Made by a program: the position numbers and the translations under genes. Below the pieces are notes generated by a model. The model made no database searches. It saw nothing but the letters and a program-made list of their open reading frames with translations, and was not told the origin of the DNA. A DNA stretch of 63,989 nucleotides, counting the filler, from Circinaria calcarea (lineage: Eukaryota): assembly GCA_051942165.1 (NCBI GenBank). It is 4 parts of 4 records of this genome, joined end to end, with 100 filler letters (N's around TTAATTAATTAA, not from the genome) between each part and the next. Parts side by side here need not be neighbours in the genome. Positions count along the whole stretch, not along the records: positions 32,471 to 48,558 come from JAVECS010000333.1; positions 48,659 to 63,989 come from JAVECS010000370.1; 2 more parts are not named here. One strand, written 5' to 3'. Shown in pieces: positions 37,074-49,243 of the stretch (the stretch's first letter is position 1; every line of letters begins with the position of its first letter).

Positions 37074-40000
37074 CTTTGGGGTCCTGGCTCGACGGTACTT
37101 TACGATGGGAAAAGGAAAGGAGTCAATCAATACGAAGTTCTAGGATGTCATGCAAGGACATGCCTATTGATAAGTACGTTTGAGAGATAAAGTATCGACC
37201 AGGCGCATAAGAGTCTACATCAGCGGGCAGCCGTGACACTAAACTGACTAGAGGAAACAAGGCAGATATAGAAGATCGGTCCATTATGAGTATACGGATC
37301 GTACCGCGGGTATAATGGAGAGAAACGAGAACAGGAGAACCGCCAAGTGATTGCAACGGCAATGGAGAATGGGTGAAACGGATGAAACGGAGGGATATCT
37401 AGAAACCGAAATAATAAGATAGGAACCACAAGACCATTTCACTGGAGTTTCAGGCTTGGGGCAATTCAATACATCGGGCAAACGTGGACGTGGCGGAGTG
37501 GAAACATGTTTCTTTGTTGTCGTACGATAGAGAATCCCTGTCCTGAACCGCGTTTTCCCCGCGGATGGAGGACTAGTAGTAGATATCTGAACGACAGCAC
37601 CACGGGTATCTACAGTTCCTAGTCCTAATTCAACATATAGCATCTGTACCAAGGGACACTCGCTCTTTGTGTACTCTCATCGACGCGCTTGCATGCTAAT
37701 CTATCTGAGTAATGACTGTCTATATTTTCATCCCTCTAGTTATGCTTGGACTCTCTTTCATTCCTGAACTGGACTCATAGTTACTATACCAGTCCATTAC
37801 CTCAGAATATATAACCTCTCAACTAAGAAGTTTGCCTCTAAAGCACCGCTTACTTCTGTTACTGACCCAGCTCTATCTCTGAACCTGAGAGTCACGATGG
37901 ACGAGTTAGTTGAAGCGATGATAAGAGCAACTGCCAGTCGTTTCCCTGCATCGGCAGACATTGTGCACGTATACGGAAAAGGAGGGTGACCTCGACCATA
38001 AAGCAAGGTGATGTCGACATGGTATCCGTATGCTAATGGACATTCAGAGATGGCATATCCCTCTGCTACTTCTGGTGAGTGCAGCCTGGATCTGGATCTA
38101 CTACTCACCACAGTTCAGCATGCATTGAACTCCTAAATATAAGTTTAGTTTCTTTACGCTTGATATTACTTTCTATATGTCTTTAAATCGTGCGGCTGTT
38201 GTTATCAATTCAGTACTAGATGCAGTCGACTATGCTTTATGTCACTTGTCTCTGAGGGAATTAAGTGGCAAAATCTTCTCCTGAGCTTCCACGGCGAGTC
38301 CCTTCCGGCGAAGGTATCACTCGTGGTGAATGCAGAAGACAGCTTCCTTCCTGCTCTTCTCGATCATTAACTCTGCACCACTTCGGCTACTACCAAGGCT
38401 TTTTGATCCTACCGCCCAACTGTTGCAGGTACGCTCGCACTCATTGCCCTTTCCTGACTGCCAACGATTGGGCCGGGGATTTCTTAGAATATTAGGTTAC
38501 TATAAACTTATCGCAAAAACGCCAGAAGGCCGACAGGCGTAAATCGGTGTGGTAGTCAATACGGACCGGAAATTATTTTTTGGTGAAAGGCAGTGCACCA
38601 TATCCGCTCGTGGCTGAGAGAGGTGGTGCGAGTGGAAAAGCCAAGGATGCGGCTCGTGTTTTCATTCCGAATTACGATACGTAACTTGTCATTGGTGCCT
38701 TCAATCGGGATTGTGAGAAAGATATCCTGCATCCAGTACTGCCAATGGTTGGTGTTACCATCAGATTCCTAGGAGTGTATGGTAGATCTTTCTACAAGGA
38801 ACTAGCCATCAAGGAGAAGATATCGGTTACTTTCTATGCAGTTAACGGGATGAAGGAGGTTCACTAGGTTGATGATGAAGTGGAGGTAATGCCTTCCTCT
38901 AAAGGTAAGGTGATTCCGAAGCTATTATGGATACAAGTATGCATCACCTGTGACCTGCCACGCCCTTTCAGTAGTCAGATATTATTCCTGTATCTGTCCT
39001 TGATTAGTGACAAGCTTCTTTCATTCATTCAAGGCAGGATACTTGTACTTGAGCTACGTTGCTTTACATTTCCTAGAAACATCCGAACAGCTTTGCAGAT
39101 TAAGCAATCTAAAACAATTTTCCTTGAAGAGCGTGATTGCTCCTGCTTGGGGTACGGCAGTTGTCAGTGTTAACAGTTCTGCAATTAGCCGTCCCGCCTT
39201 AAAACATGCTTCGCTTGTTGTCGCCTGCACCAAACATTAGTATGTTTGATATCATGTATTGATTAAGCTATGCTGGAGCTTGATTAATGCAGATATCCTT
39301 CCCTTTGCGGCAATGAACACATGGAGTTCCTGTCTACACAAGCCTGCTTTACATGCCATTGACATTTCGAACAACACGAGATCGGATCCACACCTGACTG
39401 CTATAAACCCTCTCTCAAAGCCCATACAATCCGTGTCCTGTCCCCAGAATCCCGGCTAACCTTCACCCATTTTGATGACCGTGAATGCCAATTTTTCGCA
39501 CGGGCTATATCGTCACAACACCTACTCCGCCCTACGCCTTATCATCGCCGCGTTCGGAGAGCTTCACTGTGTTGGGCGGAATTCACAGCTCCGGAATCAT
39601 TCACAGACATCGTCATCCGTCGGTTATTTAAGAGAACGCTTCCCACCCCGAAGCACCATTTCTTCTTTACACCTCCACCACACTGCCTTCTCCTCTTCTT
39701 GATATACTTTGAACTTCCATAACCCGATACTGAACCTGCCAAAGCCCTTCCTTCATACGTATAAACTTGGAAGATTCCCTTTCAGACATCAATTGTTGAT
39801 ACCGGCAGGCAAGTTGCATACCTAGCTTTGAGCTTACACAACACGGCCCTGTGGGATCTTCATTGCATTGTTCCTACATGCACTGCACCTACTCCTACTA
39901 GGTCTTCTCATAAGCATCACGTTGCCCATACTTGCATCAAGCTTTATCATCAACAGTACGCATCGCTGTGTAAACATCAGGATAAATAAGATCCTACCAA

Positions 40001-40278
40001 GGTCAGTCCACCGTCATCTCAAACCCTTTTTCCAGCAGTTCCTGCGCCCCCGCTGGCCATGACTTCGTGCTTGAGATGGAAGAAGTACAACACAAGATTC
40101 CTCAACACAGATAAGTCACTTGATTCACATCATAGTACATGAGCATACAACTAGCTGGTACCTCTTGTACAGTTAGGCCTCTTGACAAACTCAATTTTAT
40201 GTAGATCGTGTTACACATTACTAAAGCTTTGTTATATGAACAAGACATTTGCTAACATTCCCAAGTACAGTAGCAACT

Positions 40279-42066
40279 ATGACGAATTCAAACGCGAAAA
40301 CTGCGGTTCCAAAGGCCGAAGAGGCCATGCAAGCTCCTCAAGAGAACAAAGTAAAGGCCCAGGAACAGGCTGCTGAGCAGGCAACAGCTGGTACAGTGGA
40401 CAACAAAATGGCCGACACCGGGACTCCCATCCAAGATACAGCCTCAGCTACCAATGTTAACCTCCCACAATCTACGGCCTCGACAACGTCACGTTCATCG
40501 AGTGTGAAGACAGTCTCTTTACCTGCGCCAAAACATTTCATTCATAGGGCCGATGGTACGATCACGCCTCTTGTTGCTGTAGATGAACTTCCGGCATTTC
40601 TCCATATTGTTGGAGTGTCAAGACTTTTGACCAAGTCTCATACCCAAGGAATGATCAGCCTTGGGACAATGCCACGAAGCTCAAAGCTGTACACAGTACA
40701 GATGGTCGATCCCTCAAATGAAGCAGATGACGATGATGGTGCTTCGGTGAAGACGATTGAGATGCCGACACCCTCATCAAGAGCCTCTGATGCTACCAGC
40801 ATCAAAGGTGATGGCTCCCGGAAAGAGTCTGTTAAACGCTGGGTCCAAGGTGTATCCCAAGATGACGACACACAGGTTAGTTACACTCTTAAGTGTTGAC
40901 GTTAGCAATACTAACATATTTATTAGTCTACCATTGATGCAGTCATTGCTGCCAACACTCCAGGTGGCAAGCTGGATTATAAACCCATCTCGCCGGGGGT
41001 ATTTGGCGGGAAGGTATATTGTACCCACTGGGTACGAACGGGCGAATGTGACTTCACCCAGCAAGGGTGCATATTCCGGCACGAGATGCCAGACGCAGAC
41101 ACGTTGGCGAAGATGGGATTTAGACATATCCCACGCTGGTTCCGAGAAGCCGGTGGCTTCTCAGAGCAGATTCATGATGTCCCCGCACCGCGTGATATAA
41201 ATGAAGATTGGCGACCCGGGACTGGTCGTGGGAGATCACGCCACACCACCAATCCTCCGACTGTCTTTGACCGTGGTACGAATCAACAGTTTACCGGTCA
41301 CATCTTCCCGGTACCATCGTTTGCGCAGGGCCGTGGCCCTTTCCAGGGAGCCCCTAGCTTCTCGCAGCCCCGTCGTATGACGGATACACGCTGGCCCGGG
41401 GTCCCACAACCAGCCAATGCTCTTCAGAACCGTGGGATTACCCAATACCCAAAGCCCTGGACACCACCCCAAAATGTGGTGCCTAACCTAAACTCAGCGG
41501 TTGGGTTCCCCAATCGCTTCAACCCCGGCCCGGGGCAGCAGAAGTCTGTGTCCCAGACACAGACACCTCCTCTGTCGAACCCGCGCCCACCGACCTTCCT
41601 CCCCGATGATCGTACTCGCGGAGATTCGAACTTGTCATCTGCTGCCTCGACCACATCAGATTACTCCGCCATGACGATGTCGGCCTTTGCGCCAACAGGT
41701 GCTCAGGCACCTCGGTTGCCTCACCGTCAACAGGGGACACCTGTACGATCGTACAAGCCGCTGACACCTGCGCCGGCTGCGCACCAGGTTCCCAAGCCTG
41801 TCGTCCAGGCCCAGCCAACCAAGGCTGGTGAGCTCTTTGCTGGTGCTCCGGTTACTCCTCCGGTCCACCATAAGCGCATGTTTCAACCTCCTGCGCAACT
41901 GCCAAAGCTGGAAATACCAGCTTTCCAGCCCAAGGGGCAGGACAAGGGGAACGGCAAGGGACGAGGCAATGGAAAGTCCAAGGCTGTACCAATTGTGCAG
42001 CCCAAGGGCCCCAAGCGTGAGGACAAGGGGGGACCAAAGGAGGACAAGGAGTTGGTCGACTTGTGA
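40279..42066 (+). CDS. CCCH (C3H1) zinc-finger protein with a low-complexity Pro/Gln-rich tail; 1 intron at ~40876-40926
   Basis: PKHFIHRADGTITPLVAVDELP and GKVYCTHWVRTGECDFTQQGCIFRHEMP...GFRHIPRWFRE. Confidence 0.85.
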
Positions 42067-42648
42067 GACTGAGGGTGTTACCCTCAGTAAGATTGGCACC
42101 AAAATAGATTGTTCTCACATGCGTGTTCTACTGTTTTTTTTTTTTCTTGTTTCTTCTTTTTTTCCCAAAAATAAAAATAAGAAGTATGATATGAAGGTCG
42201 CACCTCGCACGACACACCATCGACCTTCAATCGTTCTTCTTCTTCTTTTTCACAAAAGGGGTCATTCAACGGCGTTTTGTCATGTTCTGCTTTTGTTTGT
42301 TTCGATAAAAAAAAATTTGGCAGAGATGTAATTACTTAGAGTTCTGTCCTTCGTCCTTCTTTTAGTGTAGGACTTAGGTCAGGCAAGTAATAGCACAACT
42401 CTGCTACCCATGTCTGTGCATGAGAAGATGCTGTGCTGTGAATGTGATGAAGGTGAGTAGATGAGTAGATTAGCTGGATTTCTAGATCGTGCCATGGTTG
42501 AAGATTCTTGGTTCTGTAAAGAAATACTTCCAACTGGTTTTGTAAGACCTTGTACGAACGGCCAGCTCGGCATATTTAAGGGTAGCTTGATTGTCTTCAG
42601 TATGTGATGTCAAAGGGCTTACTGTGAGTATATACAATATGTGATAAA

Positions 42649-43853
42649 TTATCGTAATCCCCTCTTCAGCCTCCCTTTCCCCTTTGCCCCCTTCCACCAT
42701 TGTGCATCTAGCAAAACTTTACTATCATCCACTACTGGCGCAGCCCTTATCGCCGCCTCGATCGTCTTCATCCCATCCACAAGCATCCCGTTCTCCATCC
42801 TCTCCCTCTCCGCCAGTGATCGTCTCACCCTATCAGCTTCTAGCTGATCCCTCTTCTGCGCAGTCATCTTCCACTCCTCCGGAAACCTTGGCTTGTTCTT
42901 CCACTTCACATGCCTGAAGTCTACCGGTACATCTTCGAACATGTCCTCTTCGTTCTTTGCTTCCGCGATGAGGACATCTACTAAGTCGCCCAAGTAGCGC
43001 TTATTCTGAGCTTGAGATTCGAACATTTCACTAGACATCTTCACCAGGTCTTTCTGCGGGTTGTAGCGGACGCCAACAAGTTTGATGAGCTTGAGGCGTT
43101 GTTGAGGAGTTAATTGGGAAGAGAGATCAGAAGGGCAGAATTCAAGAACGACTTTCTTGGAGGCGGGGTGAGTTTCACCCATGTAGGTTGTGTAACGAAA
43201 GCGAAGGGGAGCGTCTTCGGCAGGAGGAACGAAGGGTTTTGCTAGTTCTGTGCGGCAATGGAATGTAAGTTTGGGTTGTCTCTGATGTTTGGACTCTCTA
43301 TTGGCATACTGCTAAGTAACGGCATCTCCCACGCGGCTATCCTTGCATACTCTCTTATCTCTCTATGTTGCTCCAAATCCCCATGTGCCAGTGAAGTCAT
43401 ATCGTCTCCTTCAAACTCTTCGTCTTCTCCGGATTCCTGCTCATCCATCTCCCCCATGGCCATCAGCCCGGGTTTTATTATCGGAACGTTGACATGGGCC
43501 TGTGGTGCCTCGCTTGCGAGTTCGTAGGCGGCATTGGAGACTGCAGCAGCTAGCTTCGATTCAACCCTAGGGGACGACATATGCTCGCTAAGCATCTGGG
43601 CAGTCCGTTCGAAATCTTCTCGTTCGGGTGGGGAGAGAGAGTCGTAAAGTGTACGGTCATCGGGGTGGAGCGAGGCCATGAAATCGGTGGGCGGTGCGGA
43701 CTTAGGGATATCCGGGGGGGCATCATCGTAGCGCGTGAAAGAGGTGTGGAATGGGCGTGGTGAGAAAAGCGTTGGCTGGGTGGTTTTCCGGGGACGAACT
43801 CGATATGTGGATCGTAGAGCTGAGTAGCCCAGTCTATTCAATGATGTTGCCAT
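42649..43853 (-). CDS. RSM24: Mitochondrial small-subunit ribosomal protein mS35
   Basis: DDMTSLAHGDLEQHREIREYARIAAWEMPLLS, PLRFRYTTYMGETHPASKKVVLEF, KLIKLVGVRYNP and DMFEDVPVDFRH. Confidence 0.93.
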
Positions 43854-44017
43854 GGCATGGGCAGATCTGTATATTATCATATCAATTCAGGTGCAACGAG
43901 GTTCAAAAATCACGGTGGCCGAGTTGAACGCTGAACGCAACGGTACCGCTCCAAATCAGTAAGTGTCTTTCCGCATTCCGGCTTTCTGGCACATCTATCG
44001 CTATTGCATAGCTCTCT

Positions 44018-44733
44018 ATGGCTGAGAACACACAGATTTCGAGACCGAAAAAGCTCTGCTTTGTTACCATTGGTGCAACAGCATCGTTCGACTCGCTCAT
44101 CAAAGCTACAACAAGTTCATCATTCCTTGAAGCATTAAGGGACGCCAAATTTACCGATCTACTCCTTCAATATGGGAAGAAGGGCAAGGTCATCCTAGAC
44201 CAATGTACCGAGGCACTTAGCTTGGAAAGTGAGAAGAGCTACGGGATCAACATTAAAGGTTTTGATTTCAACAAAAAGGGACTTGGGTTAGAAATGAGGG
44301 CAGCGAAGGGGGAGCAAGGTGGGGCAGAGGGCCTTGTTATAAGTCACGCAGGTATAGCACTGACTCTACCTCCGGTTTGATATATGAAACTAATGCAAGT
44401 CGAGCAGGCTCTGGCTCAATACTAGACGCTCTTCGAATTGCAGTCCCTCTCATTGTGGTCCCTAACCCTACACTTTTGGATAACCATCAAGAAGAATTGG
44501 CAGACGAGTTGGCGGCGATGGGCTACGTGATCCATGGCCGATTGGAGTAAGGTAGTCGCTTTATCCAGCAAGGACTTACACTGACTAATCTTAGCGATCT
44601 CCCATCCGCCGTCAAGGAGTCAGAAGAGCGAAGAGCGGAACGGAGGGCCTGGCCACCAAACCACATAGTGCATGATCCATCTGGAAAAGGCCTTATAGGC
44701 GTTATGGACGATGTGATGGGTTTCGTCGATTGA
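44018..44733 (+). CDS. ALG13: UDP-N-acetylglucosamine transferase subunit; 3 exons
   Basis: [23 protein letters not shown] and [37 protein letters not shown]. Confidence 0.94.
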
Positions 44734-45976
44734 GGCTTCGTCTCCGAATGTCGCGTATTCAAGAGTGGCTGTTTTGAATAGCCTGCTTGTGCATGCAGAT
44801 ACATCAGTTCCCCCACAAATGCTCTTAGAGATATGCAAGGAAAGGAGTAAGAGTAAAGATATTTGAGAGCAACAACTTTACAGCATTGCGAATGAAGAAA
44901 TTTGCGGATGCTATCTTTCGGGCACCGAAGTGTGGCTTGAATGCAAGCACTGCGACCAGTCAGCCAAATTGACAATGGATATACTCGAAGTTGTATTCCT
45001 GCAGGAGATACTACACAGCTTTGCACTATCCGCCACTTTGATACATTCGAAATATCCGATTCGATACTCTGGGGGATTCGCCAGAATCGGTTTGTGGATT
45101 CATGTTTCCCACTGGCTGGCCCTGTTTGCACAATCATATTTGAGTTATTTGATCCAGTCGAAGGCTAAACATGCACTTTGAACAACATTATCTCAATCGA
45201 ATGTGGTAAATGGGTTTTACTTTGCGGACTCTTCATATTTCACGATTACTACAACGTATTGAACGACGCCAGGACTAGTCAGATAGAGCGTGTCAGCTAA
45301 ATACTCTACAACCCGCTTTGGCTGCAGAATTTCTAGATCAAAGGAGACTGTGGCAGAGATAGCTAGCGTCGCTGCTATTGTAGCTATTGGAGATCACCCG
45401 GGATCCTTGGCACAACTGCAGATTATTCTAGATTTAGTATCGACCAGCCTTACTGCATTCAAAGCTTCATGTACAACCCAACGGACGGAGCCTTGTCCTT
45501 GACTTAGTCTCATAGGCCTTTAGATCGTGGACGATGGGACTGGTCTACCAGATCATACAATGCCCAAGCTGTGGAAGTACAGGCAGCACAATATCTTGAG
45601 ACGCTCCGGCCTAACAACCATAATGTTTTCTACGAGCTATTGAATTACTGGATTGGGAGAACTGAGCCTTAGGGTCGGAGCTTTATTTTTGACGCTCTTT
45701 GGACAGTTGTACTGGATTAGGGCTTCTGGGTAAGGGGCTTCTGTACACATACTCAACATGCTAGACCGATTTCACTACTTTCACTTCTTATCACAAGTAT
45801 TACGTTAGTTGTATATATGTATAGTGCATCTATATAAAGCAGTATGGAGGATGCAGAGATGGTATTTTTTTAAGTACTCTTCGTTACATAATAGCATTGA
45901 TGATCTGAGCTACCTCTATATAATTATGCTATTGCTACCTCGTCATCCGGTCCTGCCTATTAACATGCAAAGCAGA

Positions 45977-47434
45977 TCACCACTCCCCCTTCTCCTCCAC
46001 CCCCACAAACCCGCCTTCCAAAATCCCAATCAACTCATCTAACCTCCTTATGCACAAATCTGTATGTTCATGACTCCTCAATCCCTCATTCACGTCATTG
46101 ACGAGCAACACCGTCGCCGCGCCGGCGCGATGTCCGGCTGTCATGTCGTCGATTGAATCGCCCACCTGTTTTCATACTTCCCTCAGTTCCTCAAGGTAAT
46201 ACAAGGGAAAAGGGGGAAAGGGAGACGAGTTACCATAATCAAGCCCTCGCCTCGGTCATCTAGGCCCCAGGAAGACGCGATATGTAGGATTCCTGCCGGA
46301 TCCGGCTTCGGCGGCTTAAAGGCGCGGGTGATGACGGGGTCGAAGGTGTGCGAGGGCAGGAATTTTTGGAGGAGGTGGGTGACTGGCATGCTTGCAACCC
46401 ATCACTATCAGCCCTTCCCCTCTTTCCTCCCCGCCTTTTCCTTTCCAGGACCCTCTACCAGACCGCCGCCCCCAAATCAAAAGAAAGAAAGAATCTCACT
46501 CAAAGTTTCTCGTACATATCCCCTTCCGCACGCCCCTCCCTTCCAGATACTGCATCAGTTCCTGCAGGCCCGGCTGCGCTTTCTGCGCTTTCATGGCGTC
46601 GGACTCGATGGCGCGGACGGAGTCCATGGCGGATTCTTGAGCGGGGGAGGGGAGGGAGTAGATGTGGGTGAGGATGTCGGTTGTTTTGGGGATGGAGAGG
46701 GCGGATCTGGTGGGGGAGTGGTTAGGGACGAAGGAGGAGGGGGGAAATTTGGAGAGGGACGGAGGAATTGTGAAAGGGGGAGCCGTACCTCATTTGAGCA
46801 AACATGTAGGTTTGGGGTTCGCTGGGAGGGGAAGTAGTTAATTAGGTGGAGATTTAAGGAAATCAAAATAGTAGGAAGACAAGGTAGTAATGAGACAAAA
46901 ATAGGACGGATACAGAGATGAGTAGCAAAGACATGGCCGATCTGGGACGGGGATAAAAGGAACCAGGTAGAGAATAAAAGAACTCGGCATCAACTCGGAA
47001 AACTCTAGCCTCCAAAAACGCATTCTGCTACAGATTCTTCCAACCAGGGAAATTAGAAATCCATCCAAGTATCAAGCCACCTCCCCTCCCCCCAATTCCA
47101 CAACCAACCAAATGCAAGTTAAAAACATCACACCTCAAACCCCACAGCCCAAAAAATCCCCAAGAAAACCGCACCTTCTAAAAGGAAACCCCCCCCCCCC
47201 AAAACAAACTCACCAAAGCGTCCCATCAACATCAAACACCACTCCCTTCAGCTTCGGCTCCGGGGAATCCTTGCTTTTTGCCGGGTTCAGCGGTGCGAAG
47301 CGACGGGGACGCTTCAGAGGTATCTCTGGCGTGGAAGGTGATGCCGAGGCCATTGACGAGAGTGACTGACGGGGGTAGTGGAGGAATTGAGGGTGGGTGA
47401 TTAGGGTGAGGAGGCGAGAGAGGGTGGGGATCAT
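45977..47434 (-). CDS. HAD-superfamily hydrolase (YOR131C-like); multi-exon; start at 47434 or 47353
   Basis: Motif I GVVFDVDGTL, then EPQTYMF, QPGLQELM, GICTRNF, KPPKPDPAGILHIA and motif IV VGDSIDDMTAGHRAGA. Confidence 0.88.
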
Positions 47435-47847
47435 TTCATGGGGTTGGCATTTTGTAGGAATCGGGAGGGAATTTGGGAGACGAGGGTTTATTTACATAAA
47501 GTTTACATAAACATGGATACTGCCGAATTCACGGCCGAGGTTTACATATGTCTTGAGAGTGGAGTGTTCGTGGCTTCCGGTAAAGCTTGTCCTGGAGCAT
47601 GACCAACTGATGCACAATTTGGTCAAGCTACAAGTACATGCACACCCTTCTTTGCAATTCAAGCGAAGGTGGGCTAGGAAAGATGAATGGGGGTTAGATA
47701 AGGCTTTATGAGTTGCGATTAAATCGCATGACGAATCAAAAATGGGATTGGATCATGTTAGAATCCCATCACTACCAGCACCCAATAGAATCAGTATTCT
47801 ATAAGGCCAGATCTAAAGATTTCATGTCTCCGTTGATAGCTTCGGCG

Positions 47848-48558
47848 TTAGCACCTTGTTTCTACCCCTCTCTTGCTAACTGTGAGATATTTCACGCCTT
47901 TGTACGGCTTGACGCCTTCTCCTAATCCTCTGCTCTTTCTCGTGTCGACTACCAGCCCGTCAACCTTAATCCCACTTGCCAGCCATCCCTTCACACTGAA
48001 GCTGACAGATGCGGACGAAGGCATGAGAGGGGCATTCTGTTGGATCTTCCGAAAGTCTCTCTGGTCTTGCTGTTCCTTTGTCGATGTTGGCTTTACCGGA
48101 TCCGAAGTAGACGTTTGATACGCATCTTCCCTCTCGTCATACTCTCCATTAGCGGCGTCAAACCGGAAACTATTTGCTGCGTCTTCTTCGTCGTCATCTT
48201 CCATAGGACCGACCACAGTACATCGCAATGTTGCACTCCCTGTCGAAGCAGCATCCTTTGCAGGAATACGCCATTCTACTGCGTTGTCTGACGGGGTAAA
48301 TTGGGCTTCGCCTCGACTTGCGCGAAGATCGGTTATATTTCGTACGGTTTCTGGTATCGGAATCGTCACAACCACGTCCTGCAGCATTGACGCTGCCGAT
48401 GACCCTCCTCCTCCACCGAAGATAGGAGTAGATCTACCAGACCCTTGAGAACCGAATGCTGAGCGTAGCGGAGTGGATGACGAAGAGCCCCCAGCAAAGG
48501 TATTCGATAATAGAAGCCGGACCTCAAAATCTGACCCTGTGGCACCCAACGAAGTAGA
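47848..48558 (-). CDS. APM3: AP-3 adaptor complex mu subunit, C-terminal part (5' part missing at the contig edge)
   Basis: Mu-homology domain end SFSVKGWLASGIKVDGL...GEGVKPYKGVKYLT. Confidence 0.8.
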   Translation of the reverse strand, partial: STSLGATGSDFEVRLLLSNTFAGGSSSSTPLRSAFGSQGSGRSTPIFGGGGGSSAASMLQDVVVTIPIPETVRNITDLRASRGEAQFTPSDNAVEWRIPAKDAASTGSATLRCTVVGPMEDDDEEDAANSFRFDAANGEYDEREDAYQTSTSDPVKPTSTKEQQDQRDFRKIQQNAPLMPSSASVSFSVKGWLASGIKVDGLVVDTRKSRGLGEGVKPYKGVKYLTVSKRGVETRC

Positions 48559-48658
48559 NNNNNNNNNNNNNNNNNNNNNNNNNNNNNNNNNNNNNNNNNN
48601 NNTTAATTAATTAANNNNNNNNNNNNNNNNNNNNNNNNNNNNNNNNNNNNNNNNNNNN
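48559..48658. other. Artificial contig-joining spacer
   Basis: 44N-TTAATTAATTAA-44N. Confidence 0.97.
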
Positions 48659-49243
48659 TCCCATATCATCCTATCCCATCTCATATCCGAGGTACACTAT
48701 CCACTCACTCCCCATACTGAATTAAATGGAATAGAAGAATCCCTTAAATGTCACGGGAAAGCTTTTCCTCCTCGGTCAGATGAACCGGATAACGGGTATC
48801 GTACCCTGATATCATACGTACGTACGGAGCATAAATAAGCGCACTTAGCCCACACGGGGGGTGGAGGGCTGACGGATTCCCAAAGAGGTAAAGTAGTAAT
48901 GAAAATGTGGCCGTGGATTTGATTTAACTGATTTCAGCTCGATTTTTTTATGCATTAAACCATAGCATAGCATACATACATACAAAGATACAAAGATCCA
49001 AGATCCAAGATCCAAGATACTAACATACAACGGGGGCGACAAGATACGAATGCCTTTCAACAGCCCGCTCCCGACCCCAAGTACACCGTGTTCAAATCAA
49101 ACAAATGCATGCATGCATTTACCAACCAATTCCTTTTAAACCCAGTAGTTTCGAGGGGGAAAAAAAAAACGCCGACGTGTCCCTCATCGCACTCTCCAAA
49201 CAGACCTGGATTCCTATTTGATTCCATTCCATTCCAGTTCCAT

